This document shows positions 16,138-29,200 of a stretch of DNA of 53,560 bases, piece by piece. The stretch comes from Reclinomonas americana ATCC 50394 (Eukaryota). The DNA is taken from assembly GCA_048213135.1 (NCBI GenBank), contig PS015104.1:86847-140406 (forward strand), written 5' to 3'. The notes under the pieces were generated by a model that saw only the letters and a list, made by a program, of their open reading frames with translations, did not search any database and was not told the origin of the DNA. Positions within the stretch are counted from its first letter, which is position 1. Each line of letters starts with the position of its first letter. The translations under genes and the position numbers were made by a program.

Positions 16138-19100
16138 CTACTCCACCCCCCTTATCCTCTCCCTCAACTGCTCGCACGTCTCCTGCTGCTCGTGCAACTG
16201 CTGCTGCAACACAGTGCGCTCCTCTTGCAGCGCGCGCAATCGCGTAGCGAGACCCTCGCGCACGGCAAGCTCGGCCTCGGACAGCGCGCGCAAGCGAGCG
16301 GCCTCGGCCTCGGCACGCCGGCACTGCTCGCGCAACTTGGCGCTCTCGTCGTCGACGTCGGTCAGTATCACAGACGAGGCGGTGGTCGAGCCGAGCAGGC
16401 GCAGGAGGTGCTTGCGAAGCGGGTCGAACGCCTCCCACAGCTGTGCTTTCTCCGTCGACTTGCCCGTGATGCTCGGCAGCTGCGAAAACACCAGTGCAGC
16501 ACATGAGCATCCTTTTTTTCCTCTTGTCCGCTCTTCTGCTTCCACAGACCTTGGTGCCGTCGACAATCGCCTGCACGACTTCGCGAACATAGGCCAGCTC
16601 CACCATGGTACCGCCGCTGCCGGGGGCCGGAGACTTTTTGCGCGATGGCGAAGGCTTGCTGAGCAGGCCGCCGGCGCCAGGCGACAGCGTGGAGAGCGAC
16701 GACGAAGTGTCGATAATGGCGGCCAGGACGCGAACCGGACTGCGGCCGGCGCCGGCACGACGCAGTGCCTCCTGCGCCGGTGGCGGCTGCTGCGGTGGAG
16801 CAACGCCACCATCGGTGGCGGTGGTGAGGGCATTGTCGGACTGCTTCGCTTCCTCGTCGGTGCTCTTGGGCTGCGAGTGCCGGCGACGCGTCTCCTCCAT
16901 TCGTGCAATCATGATGCGCGCATCGTCCAGGGCGTCACGAGCGGCCTCGGCGACTCGACGCAGCGTATTGCACTTGTCCTTTTGCTTGCTGCACTCGGCC
17001 TGCACGGCAGTCAGCTCCGCCTCCAGGCTGTGGCATCGATCACACTCGGCCAGCGGTCTCGATTGCTCCAGATCGGCGCAGCGCAAGCGCAGCTGGGCGA
17101 CCTCTGAGTCAATCTGCGCGCGGCCGGTCCATGCGTCGTCGCGCTCGGCAAACAGCTCTGGTTGGTTACAAAAGAAGAGTGTGTGAGGCAGATGTGGATA
17201 GTCTCCTTATATGCTGTGCAGCTGCTCACCGAGGGCCTGCTGGCGCAGTGTAGCAAACACATTCTCAATGGCTCCGCGGGAGCCCGGCGACGTGCTGCGC
17301 TTGGCCGGGGCCATGGACGGGTCCGCAAACAGCAACTCGGCACTTCGCTTCACGAGAGCCACCAGCTCCGTCTCGCCCATGCGTTGCACCTCACTGTCGG
17401 CGTGCTGTCGACTGAGATCTTGCAGCGCCACGTGCAGCTGCTGCACTTGCTGTGTGAGCGACTTGATTTCGTCCAGAGCCTCACGTTGGCGCGCCGCCGA
17501 CGCTTGCAGCTGCTCGTGCGCCCCCTCCAGCTCGTCGCGCAACTGGGCGCTCTCGGATGCATGCACCACAGAGGAGCCGGCGACATCCACCGTCAAGTTG
17601 CTCGGACCGACGGCGCTTGCCTGGGCGAGGGCCGCTGCCGGGTCCACCATCTCTCCCATGCTTTCGCGACTGCCACGACTGACGAAAGAAAGATTAGATA
17701 CGCGTGCTCCCACACACACAAAACAAAGTAGGGTGAAACGCACCGACTGCCCCTGACGGAATCACGCGCCGTTGCCAGCGGCGTGTCGCTCGAGCCGGAA
17801 ATGCGCATCAGCGAGCGATTCTCGGCGGTGAGTCGCGCATTTTGCACTTGCAAGTGGCGCACCTCGAGTCGCAGTCGACTGAGATCTGCGGCCTCGTCGG
17901 CGCCAAGCATGATTGCTGCTGTCGAAAATGACATGGGCTGCGCAGGCTGGTTGCCCAACCGCCGATGCAACGCCTCCAGCTCGTGCTGCAACTCGAACTT
18001 GGCGCGAATGGCCTCCTCCAGGCTGTCGGAGAGCGCTCGTCGTCGCTGACGGGCCTCTCTCTCGTAGTACTTGCGCGCCGCGCGTGCAGTGTCGCGTTCC
18101 ATGCGGGCCTCGAGGAGCTGGAAGGGCGAAAGGGAAGAGAGTGAGGATCAGGGGAGATGTAGGGAGAGATGGCAGCTGTGCAGGGCACTCACCTCGCCGC
18201 GCATCTTTCGCTCCCTGGCCGTGCCGAGCACCACCGGACTCCACAGTTGTCTCTTCTCGTCCTCCACACCGGCGTTGCGCAGAGACAGTTGCAGCACGCC
18301 CGAGTTGGCAGAGGCCTCGGTGAAGTGCTCCAACTCGGCTCCGCTCCAGCACACCACCTCACCATACTCGCTGATGGTGAGCAGGTGCTGCGACATTGGC
18401 GTCACCACCATGTCAATCACACACGACGGTAGTTGGTACGTCAGCGCCGGGGCGGATTGGTTCTGTTGTTTTTTTTGATTGAGGTTGGTGAGATGCGCGT
18501 GAAAGGCTGATGAGCAATTCCATGTGGGGACGTACCAGCAAATCGATTACGCAGAGGGCTCTCCTTGAGGCGCACCACAGGCGGTCCTGAAAGATACCCA
18601 CGGCAGCCACTCCATGTTCACGGTTGAATTGCAGTCCGCCGCCCACCGGAGTGAGAGACTGGGGGCGTGTAAGAGATGAGCGGCTGCAAGAGGGGGCGTG
18701 GCAAGAGGTGAGGAGAAAAGATACGAACCGGCACTTTCCAACAGCGCGCTTCGCCCGTGTCACTCATGCATGCGAGATACTTGCTGTCGGCCACCACCGA
18801 CAGCACCAAGCCGCTGTCAGCCGTGAGCTGTTTCAAATGGTGGCCCTGCGCAGGGATACGAGGGTGAGATTTAGGCAAAGAGGGTGGGATGCACAAGTGA
18901 CGAATACTGCGGACTGTTCTACAAGAATNNNNNNNNNNNNNNNNNNNNGCAAGAGAAAAGAGATAGAGAAAAGAGAGAAAAGAGAGAAAGAAGAGAAATA
19001 AGAGAGAGAGAGAGAGACAGAAAGAGACAGAATGAGACAGAGAGTAACAAAGAGAGACAGAAAGAGACAGAATGAGACAGAGAGTAACAAAGAGAGACAG

Positions 19101-20995
19101 AAAGAGACAGAGAGAGAGAGAGAGAGAATGAGACAGAGAGTAACAAAGTGAGACAGAAAGAGACAGAGAGTAACAAAGAGAGACAGAAAGAGACAGAGAG
19201 AGACAGAGAGTAACAAAGAGAGACATAAAGAGGCAGAAAGAGACAGAGAGAGACAGAGAGACAGAGAGAGACAGAGAGAGACAGAGAGAGACAGAGAGAC
19301 AGAATGAGACAAAGAGACACAGAGAGACACAGAGAGACACAGGAAAGAGAGAAAGATAGAGAGAGACAGTGGCTGGACAAGCAACACCAACAGGTAAGGT
19401 GCGACGAACCCTGTCATCCATTACGAACAGCGTCTGTCCACTCGAGCAGCACATGCGCACGCGATCAGCGCTGGACGTGCGCAGCAGCGTGATGCCGGTG
19501 ACTGGTGACTCAAAGGTCACTGTCACCGCGACCTGGTATGTTGTCGGATGAATCAGGTGCACTCGGCCATCCTCGTCGGCCACCCACACATGCTGTTGTT
19601 GGAGTAAGCATTGTAACGCACAGAAATGCAACGTTTTGTGCCACACGCAACTCCCTTCACCGCTCGCCCCTGCGCATCCACTGCCGTGGTGCCCGTTGCG
19701 CACGCCACCAGCCCGGAGTTCACGGGAGTGAAGCCATGTACAGCCTTGCCGGTGGCCGGATCGTACACAATCACCTGCCGTCACCGACTTTCTGTTGAGT
19801 CGAGAGTCACAGATGGCACACAAATGACCTGCTGTCGTACCTGGCCGCTGAGAGTGCCGAGCCACACGAGGTTGCCGACACTGCATGCGCACGTCACATG
19901 CGCGGTACCAATGTGCAGCGAGGTCACGGACGACGATGCCGACGAGGGAGACGACGAGGTCGCAGTGGCAGCGCGTGCGTCGTCGGTGGCGAGTGCGGCA
20001 GAGGAAACGCTCGGTGGGGTGCTCGGTGTTTGGTCAAGGTGGTCAAGGCGCTGGAAAGGGAGAAGGACGAGAGTGAGTGGATGTGGTACACAGGCCTTTT
20101 CAAAGCTCCTCCCCGCTTTCGTGGAGAACCAGTCGCATACCCCTGCCCGTGAAGCCTTGTGCTCTCTCTTTCTATCTGCCTGTGTTTGTCTCTCGCTCAT
20201 CCGTCTCCTGTGTTGCTCTCTGGATCTTGCCAGAAATGAAAGATCTCCCTCCTATTCTTCCTCTCCCAGTCCTTCTGTCGGTTTCCTCTCTCTCTCTCTG
20301 TGATGGAGTATGACTCGCTCTCCTCCTCCTTTGGTCCTGCTCACCCTCTCTCGCCCTCTTATTTTCCGCCACCCTTCCACAAACACGAACAGACTCATCC
20401 GTCTCCTTCTCACTTGCTCTCCCAGTCACTCTCCTGCTCCTACTCTCTCTCTCTCTCTTCCGTCGCCCCTCTGTGCTCTCTCACTCACATTGTGGGTTCA
20501 AGTGTGCGTGAGAGAGTGAGTGTGCTGTCTTTTTCTTGCGCACATGAACATATCTCCGCGCTTTCACATGCGTTTGAGTGCACGACACACACACGCACAC
20601 ATACACACACACACACACGTGCACACACTCTCTCACACACACGCACAGAGCATGGGAGACACTGTGCAACAAGCGAGAGTGAGAGAGAAATGGAACATTT
20701 TGGCACACGACTTGCTCAATCTCTCTCTCTCTCCCTTTTTTTCCTCACGCTCTCAGTCTCCTCTGTTTCTCTCTTAGTCTCCCCTCCCCTCCTCCTCCCT
20801 CTTTCCCATCAACCCTCTCCCTTCCCTTTCTGTCGTGCCCATCTTACGACACGTGCTTGCTGTGAAATTGGTCGACTCACTCACCACAACGTGCACCAAG
20901 TGCGCGAGGCTTTCCACATGAACCACTCGCCCATCACTCGACTCCACTCCAGTGCCACACTGCACGAGGAGGTGCTGTCGCGCAGGCAGAGACAT
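16138..20995 (-). CDS. Large multi-exon protein: N-terminal beta-propeller-like region plus C-terminal coiled coils; function unknown
   Basis: Propeller-like strands LVWLGTLSGQ|VIVYD, VWVADEDGRVHLI, YLACMSDTGEARCW and LLTISEYGEVVCW. Heptad-rich exons at 16138-18120. GT-AG introns join them; termini approximate. Confidence 0.7.
18950..19370. repeat. Intronic GA-rich minisatellite (units such as AGAGTAACAAAGAGAGACAGAAAGAGACAG)
   Basis: The AGAGTAACAAAG core recurs about five times among GAGAGACA units. Confidence 0.85.
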
Positions 20996-22030
20996 TAACT
21001 GAACTTTTCTCGCCTTTCGCAGCAAATTGCGCGGAATCGTCCGTTACGCGTGCGACGTGCCTCTTTTTTTCCGAAGAGATAACTCTGCTGGTGCACAGAG
21101 CGCCAAAGCAGCACTAACAGCTGCACTGAAGGAGAATGTCGAAGCGACATGCAGGCGTTTCGTGGAGAGAGATCGCGATCGTGTTCGTGTTCGAAGTTGA
21201 AGTCGCGATCGCAGCTGCAGGAGCAAGCTCGAGCCTGCAATGATGTCGCCACTCTTGTGTTATTGCGTCTACAATTCCAAACCATGTGAGAGTCTTCTTT
21301 TTGAAGATGTCCTGGAGGAAACTGCCTTTGATCGGGAAACCATTCGCAGAGCCTTATTTGCACCATCTTGATCCAGCATCGTTCGTCCCCAATCGCCATC
21401 ACCGCCTGTGCACTGAGGGTGCTGCCTCACAGCCGGACGTGACTGCTGATTGCAATTCCCGTCCTGCAGTTGCCCAAGTGGCGCCAGCAATCGATATCGC
21501 CGGCACCTTCAAAATCTGCGTGTTCGGATCCGGCCGGCTTCCACAACTCGATGAATCGTGCTTTCCTTGGCCATCGCAGTAAGCAGTCGCCTGCACGCTG
21601 CAGCAACCATCTTCTGTCCCACTGTCTCTCCGCTTCTGCGATATCGGAGAAACCGGATCCGGAGCGCACAGTCATGCGCACTTGATTGCGAGGCACATTC
21701 CGCGAATCGCAACGCGGCGCGATCGCAAGCTTTGCAAAAGCCAACCGACCTCACACCCAAGAGCCGCCGTCCCCTCGGGGATTCCCAATTTGGATGGCAG
21801 AATTCGAACACACGCGCAACGGTTTTTCGATCGCTCGCGGATTGACACAAACGGCGAGAGGAGACAAGCTCTTCCCCCTCACACACACTCTCGCACAAGG
21901 AAAGCACGCACCTTGCGCGCATTGTGTATGCGCTCGTGAGTGAGCACCACCTCCCAGTGCTCTTCACTGTCGCTGCTTGTGTGTGTGTGCGTGTGCTTGT
22001 GTGCGTTTCGTTCGACGCGTGCAATCAATC

Positions 22031-22517
22031 ATGGGTGCCAGCGTGTCACACGCGCCGACCACACTCGCGCGACACGTCTCTCAGCAACAACAACAGCAAC
22101 AACAACAACAGCAACAGCAGCGTCATGCGCATCAACAACAACACACACCACAACAGCACTTGTCTCCGGCCTCCACTCGGAGATCAACGCTGCGACCTCC
22201 GGTGACCAACTATGCGCCGCAAGCCACCACACTGGTGGCGCCTCCGGTGCCTGAGTGCATGGAGGAGGCGGGGATTGGAGGTGGCGAGTGTGAGGTGGCG
22301 AGTTGTAGACGAGGAGTGGAGGAGGAGAAATCGACATCGGCATCGTCGGTGGCGCATGTGTTGACGACTGTAGTTGCGTGTTGTGGGACGGAAGGGAGGG
22401 GATGGAGGAAGGAGGAGAGGGAGAGAGAGAGGGAGGAGAGAGAGAGGGAAAGTGAATGCCAATCAATTGGCTGGCGATAAGAGGGACGCAAAACGCACAC
22501 ATACTTGCACACACGTT

Positions 22518-22565
<48 letters not shown>

Positions 22566-24035
22566 TATGTAGTAATGGTTGCAGCCGCGTGTGTCGCGAG
22601 GAAGGTGGCAGAGAAAGCGCAGACTGGGGAGCAAATTCAGAAGAGTGGGCGAGCAAGAGAGCACATTAAGAAAAAGCACAAGCACACGCACACAGCAACG
22701 CATGTGGCGATGGTAGTAGCTGTGTGTTATGCGAGGGGAGGGATTGGAGGGATGAGGGAGAGCGAGGGAGCTGAATGCGAATGTCGGAGAGAGGACGAGC
22801 AATTGAACGCATGATAGACTACATCCATGCACACACCTCAGCCACACATGCAGTACCAGAGTGTTCTGCTTGTGTTCCGAGGTGCTTCCGTTTGAATTTG
22901 GAGTTTACTCATTGATATCAGCATATACAAAAGATGCTGCATGTTGACCCTCTGTCCCCTGCTGCTGCATTCTTCGTTCGTCTAGAGTTGCCTGTGACTT
23001 TCAGCGGCTTCAGTATCATCATCATCATCATCATCTCTCTCTCTCTCTCTTTTGGCTTCTCGACCTCATTTTCCTGCGTCTGCTCCGGCTCTCAGCGTGC
23101 CGAAGTTTGTCCATCTCTTCCTCTGCTTCCTCTCACTCCGGGTTCTACACTCTCTTGGAGGGCAACAATCATGTCACCCCACCGACTTCTCGCTCTCACA
23201 CACTCTTTGACAATTGGCCAAGCTGCTATCCTGCGCTCCTTCACGATTTCCCACCATACTCTTCCTCACTCCCTCTCTTTCCCCTCCTTCTCCCCGCAGC
23301 ACGGCGACAACGGCCGCACCAAACACCTCCACCAACGACCACCCACCCCACCACTGCCGCCGACCCGCATCGAGGACGCCGTGGTGGCCATGGTGGCCGA
23401 CGAATGCGGTAACTCGACGGTGCGAACCACCGCCGCACACCACCAGCATCGCACCACCCATGCACCTCAATATCGCATGGGTGGCGCGGGCGGCGGCGTC
23501 GGTAGTGGCGGCAGTGGTGGTGGAGTTGGCAGAGTGGCGATACCAACCGCATCGCGTCCTCCCATGCCGCCTCCACCACCGCCGACGCCGGGTGACGGCA
23601 GCGAGGCGAGCGATGGAGTGAGTGATGTCGGCAGCATGGCCGACAGCGAGACGGCCTACTTGCCGCAAATCTCAGACAGCCGAGGAGGTGTGTGTGATCG
23701 ATCACTCTTCTTCGACTTTTATCAATTACTCACTGGTCCTCACTCGCCTTTGACTTTCTTGCAGATGCACCAGGGGCCATCAGAAAGACCACTGTACCCG
23801 TTCTGTGTGCCAGATCCAGCGGTGGTGGTGCCGCTGCGGCGACAGCAGGTGGAGGCAGTGGCGGCGGTACTCAACAATACACCGTCATCCATGCCAGTAT
23901 CCAATGTTGCGTGGTGCTCGCGTCGGTGGTGAGAGTGGAAGGGACGAAGCACTCACTGCGCAATACTGCTGTACAGTTGACGCAAACGATCTCGACACGC
24001 AATGCGACGAGCTCGAGTGCATCGATGCGAGTTAA
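22031..24035 (+). CDS. Low-complexity protein (poly-Q, Pro/Gly-rich), possibly N-myristoylated
   Basis: Start MGASVS (MGxxxS pattern) followed by poly-Q. Exons at ~23300-23687, 23765-23905 and 23977-24035 join in phase and end FDANDLDTQCDELECIDAS*. Confidence 0.6.
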
Positions 24036-24081
24036 CGACACGACAAAAAAAAAGCGTCAGTGAATCCGAGAGTGTTCTCTA

Positions 24082-26077
24082 CTACAATGCCCGCACAGTC
24101 TCCTTCGCAATCCACTGCACTGCACCGTCGGAATCTGTTTCTCGTGCGGACACAATGCTCGGCCAGTCGGCCTCCTGTAGCGTTGCCCGCGCAGTGGGAT
24201 CCTGCAGCACGGCACGCAACACCGACAATGCGTGGTAGCGCGTGGGTCCATCGAGACCGCCCTCGATGCACGGGCGCAGCAACTCGCTAGCGCGGGGGGC
24301 TATCAGTGCGCGCAGTGTGGCGCAGTCTGTGAGGGAGAGAGATGAGCAAGAGAGAGAGAGGGAGAGAGAATGGTGTGTGCACTCAACTTGTCACGCCCAT
24401 GTCGACCGACATGCACAAGTACATGCGCACGGGGTCGTGAATGGTTTCCGAGTCGCGTGCTGGTGACTGGGGTGAGCAACACGAAGACACCGTCTCCAGA
24501 ACGCCGTCGTCTCACCTCGCTGCAACACGATCGGCTGCGGTTCATGCGACGCTGAAACCGCCTCGTTCAACGCGTGCACCACGATTGAGAAGGCCTCCTC
24601 GAGCTGAGGCGCCTGTGAGGCGTTTTTTGCTGCACCAGGGAGGAGAGGAACGTGAGTCTCCGTGCAGCGTGTTCTTAGTCATATCTTCCGATGCTTGTCA
24701 CCCTTCTTCTCGTGGGTGATCGTGCAAGCTCTGTACCAGCACTTGCCTCGCTTGTCTTTCTTCCACTCACATGCTTCTGTACTTCCCCCTTCGGAACTTC
24801 TCCAATGACTCGCCTTCTTGACAATCACCTTTGCTCCTTGCGTCACTCCCCTGCTGGCAAGTCATGGCTCTCCAACCCTCCCTCCCTCTTCCTCCTTCTC
24901 CCCTTCCCACTCACCCAACAGACTTATCACAGTGCTCATGCGCCCTCCAGCGTGCGCGCGAGTCACCCCCTCTCGCTCACTGCTGCAGAGCACGCGAAGC
25001 AGGGCGCTCACCAGTGCAACACTGCCAGCGAGAGANNNNNNNNNNNNNNNNNNNNNNNNNNNNNNNNNNNNNNNNNNNNNNNNNNNNNNNNNNNNNNNNN
25101 NNNNNNNNNNNNNNNNNNNNNNNNNNNNNNNNNNNNNNNNNNNNNNNNNNNNNNNNNNNNNNNNNNNNNNNNNNNNNNNNNNNNNNNNNNNNNNNNNNNN
25201 NNNNNNNNNNNNNNNNNNNNNNNNNNNNNNNNNNNNNNNNNNNNNNNNNNNNNNNNNNNNNNNNNNNNNNNNNNNNNNNNNNNNNNNNNNNNNNNNNNNN
25301 NNNNNNNNNNNNNNNNNNNNNNNNNNNNNNNNNNNNNNNNNNNNNNNNNNNNNNNNNNNNNNNNNNNNNNNNNNNNNNNNNNNNNNNNNNNNNNNNNNNN
25401 NNNNNNNNNNNNNNNNNNNNNNNNNNNNNNNNNNNNNNNNNNNNNNNNNNNNNNNNNNNNNNNNNNNNNNNNNNNNNNNNNNNNNNNNNNNNNNNNNNNN
25501 NNNNNNNNNNNNNNNNNNNNNNNNNNNNNNNNNNNNNNNNNNNNNNNNNNNNNNNNNNNNNNNNNNNNNNNNNNNNNNNNNNNNNNNNNNNNNNNNNNNN
25601 NNNNNNNNNNNNNNNNNNNNNNNNNNNNNNNNNNNNNNNNNNNNNNNNNNNNNNNNNNNNNNNNNNNNNNNNNNNNNNNNNNNNNNNNNNNNNNNNNNNN
25701 NNNNNNNNNNNNNNNNNNNNNNNNNNNNNNNNNNNNNNNNNNNNNNNNNNNNNNNNNNNNNNNNNNNNNNNNNNNNNNNNNNNNNNNNNNNNNNNNNNNN
25801 NNNNNNNNNNNNNNNNNNNNNNNNNNNNNNNNNNNNNNNNNNNNNNNNNNNNNNNNNNNNNNNNNNNNNNNNNNNNNNNNNNNNNNNNNNNNNNNNNNNN
25901 NNNNNNNNNNNNNNNNNNNNNNNNNNNNNNNNNNNNNNNNNNNNNNNNNNNNNNGAGAGAGAGGTGATCATGAGGACTGCTTGCATTCTCACATGCACTC
26001 GCTCCTTCTTCACCTGTGTGGTGCGACCAGTGCGACCTGGGTGGCATCTGTGTGCACAGTGAGTGGTGGGGACACGT

Positions 26078-26117
<40 letters not shown>

Positions 26118-26224
26118 CTTCTGCATTCACCATCGCTGCGCAGTGCTTGCAGATGTTCAATGGCTTCAGCTTCCTCCACAGCGTCGGAAGTGCCAGCGAC
26201 GAGCACAGCAATGCCACTCTCCAT
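24082..26224 (-). CDS. Alpha-helical (ARM/HEAT-like) coding unit; either a separate gene or a C-terminal extension of the IP3R
   Basis: Exons MESGIAVLVAGTSDAVEEAEAIEHLQALRSD, LEEAFSIVVHALNEAV and YHALSVLRAVLQDPTARATLQEADW...VQWIAKETVRAL* with plausible splice sites. Interrupted by the gap at 25037-25954. Confidence 0.5.
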
Positions 26225-26262
26225 TCTTCAAAGATGACGGGTCTTGTCGCGTTTCATGATCT

Positions 26263-29200
26263 TCATTCACGATTGGTATTCAGTCGACGAGTGAGCAACG
26301 CAATGATCGCTGCACGCGAAAAAGACCCTGTGTGAGTCACGACAGACGGAAGAAGAGGAAGAAGAGGAATCGCCGTGGCGTACCTTTGGCCGATCGCTCA
26401 TCAATGGCCTCCAGCAGATGTGCCACCTCGCTGCTGCTGATGCTGCCGCCACCTCCTCCACCGCCGCCGACTCCTCCGCCGCTGCCGCCTCCACCGCCGC
26501 CAGCGGGACTGGAGAGTGTGTTGCCCGGAGTCAGTGATGAACCTGTGATGGTGCCAGGGAGCCCGGCTGTCGACGGATCGAGAAGAGCGCCGGCAGAGCT
26601 CAGTGAGCCGACACCAGCAGCGGGAGCTTGCGACTGACTGGCGCCGTCGAGCACGAGGGCGCGCTGTTGGGGGAAGAACGACACGTCTTGCTTGGTCACC
26701 TGCATCGGAGAGGCAAGTGAGAATGAAACCGTGGACACATCATGGAAGGGGAACAGCTTGCGCACCAACTCGGCCACGTACTGCTCCGTGCCGGTGTAAT
26801 CGGTGGGGTCCGTGTGTTGCAAATACGTCTGGGTGGCAGCAGCAGCAAGAGGTGAGCGACACAAGCATCAGAAACAAGTACTCTTGGTGCATGAACACAG
26901 ACCAGGAAAAACACATATTGCCACATGTTGTGATCGTTGTGAATGTGATCCTCGAAACCTAACACAAGAAACCAGTCAGCAATGGCTGCACACTCCTCCC
27001 ACCCTTTCCCATCCCGCACGAACCGTTGCCAAGTCTCTCAAACACGGATCGAGGCAAGTTGCAAATGAAGCAGCGGGTATCGCGGTCCTCATTGACTGCG
27101 TCCTTTTGGGCACGCAGTTCACCGAACGTGTCGAGAATGATACCTGAGTTGCAACACAGTGAGTGCGCCGGAGTATATCACACAAATCGCAAGCCACACA
27201 CCGAAGATGAGATTCAACGTGACGATCGTAATGATGACTGCACACAGAGAACATTGCAGAGTGAGCTCCAGCAACGATTCGCCACCCACCATTCTGGACA
27301 TGCGTACGTACAGACTGCGCAGTGCACACAAGCATGGGATGAGTGTAACGCGACGCGGCAACAAATGAGCAGCAGAACGACGCACAGAAGAACAGGCTGA
27401 AGATGCCAAATCCAACAATGTCGTCGGGTTTGAACAGTTGCTGTGGAACGACAATGCAGCGTGAGCTTGCGATCGGGAATTCAAGGTATACAGAGTTGTT
27501 TGCTCACCTCAAAGAACGACGCGCCACGCAAACTGCACGAAACAACACCGGTAAGGGCACACACACACACGCACACGCACATACATCACCGATTTGCCTC
27601 GATACGCACCCATAGTTGGCGTAGCTGAAGAAACACTTGATAAAGGACTCGCACAGGTAGGTCGGACCATCGGGATCGTCCGCATTGAGGACGAACACAT
27701 TGTTGTAGAACAGGAACGTGAAAATCTGTATTGGAGGCAAGTCGAGTGAGGAATGGAGCAACATTGCCTCCATAGGTAGATGGGACTCACCGAAAAGTCG
27801 TAAATCAAAAATGTTCCTGCAAGGGCGAGCAGAGAGACACGGTGAGATCAGGCATGCACAGACGGTCGAGCAACAGTGCACACGAACCAAGCACTGCACA
27901 GTGAATGCAGGCGAAGAGGAAAGGCGAGGCAAGGCGTACACGTTAGTCTGATATTCGAGTTATACTCGACAACGGCGACAAACAAACACACACCAAACTG
28001 CGAAATAAATGTAAGTAAACTGATGTAATACGTGCATCGCCATTGCGCAGCCATCGCAACTGTGAGGAACAGCGACCAGAGGTTGCGGGTGACGGACCGA
28101 ATGACGTTCTTCAGCACCTCGAAGCGCGTAATCAATTCAAACAGGTGGAATCTGCTTAACTTCGTGAGCGGCGCAGAGCACACAACAGCTGAGCCTGGAA
28201 TGAAAGAAATACGCAACGCATAGAAAAAGTATGATACGGAGAGGCCGAGGATGCTGAATACAACGTAGGCCAACTGCAGCGACCAACAAGATGATGAGAC
28301 TCACGGAGTGATTTCATCAGCCAGGGGAACAATCACGAAACGTGATACAAGAATTCGCCGTCGCGGATGAGGAGCCAGAAGAACTTGCACCAAAACACGA
28401 ATCCGCGGCGAATGCTGGAGAACGCTTCCTGCGCGATTGCAAGCACTAGATAAGCAAACGCACACACATGCACACACACACACACGCACGCACACACAAA
28501 CGCGACAAGACACGACAAGGTACGACAGATACAGCACGCAACATCAATCTTTAACGGTGGCTGCCAGCGGTTGACCACAGAGACGACGCCGACACCTTGC
28601 CAGTACGTGTAGACTGCAAAAAGCAAGCAGGATGAGAAAGTGTTGTGCAAGAGGTCATGTCCGCTTATCCACGCAACGTAATATCACAGCTAATATGAGT
28701 TGAATGATGCCGAGCACAACCATGATCACCGACGTTGAGTCGTCACGGAAATCCACAGTGCTGCACGAATTGCAAGTCGTGAGTGTGCGCATATAAAATC
28801 TCATAACAAACCAACACCGCAGGGCTCACTCTCACTCTCCCTTGTTTACCCCCTTCCCCCTTCTCCACTTCCCCTGCCGCACGCAACATGGAATCCACAT
28901 CCGGCCGATCCTTCACCACCAACGTCAAGAGCAGAATCAAGTTCATGGCCACGGCCAACCAGAAACTGAGCTGCTTGAAGTACCAGTTGAAGCGGTTCAG
29001 CGCGTTAAAGAAGCGCTTCCGTTGCAGCTTCTGCCGGTGATTCATGATGCGCATCATGCGCGGGTACTCGCTGAGGAGGCCCTCGATCTTGTTGGTCGAC
29101 GTGTCGCGGTTCACCGTGGCATTGAAGAGGTCCTTGGTGGCCTCCGGCAGCAAGAACGCCGACTCCGGAATGGGGAAGTAGACGCGTTCCAGGTTGCGGT

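Noticed and set aside
18950-19370. Regularly spaced repeats resembling a CRISPR array
   Set aside because: The intervening sequences are themselves low-complexity GA repeats; this is an intronic eukaryotic minisatellite with no cas genes.
21269-22024. Several overlapping short ORFs in the divergent intergenic region
   Set aside because: No recognisable motifs or coherent splice pattern; more likely promoter/UTR DNA.
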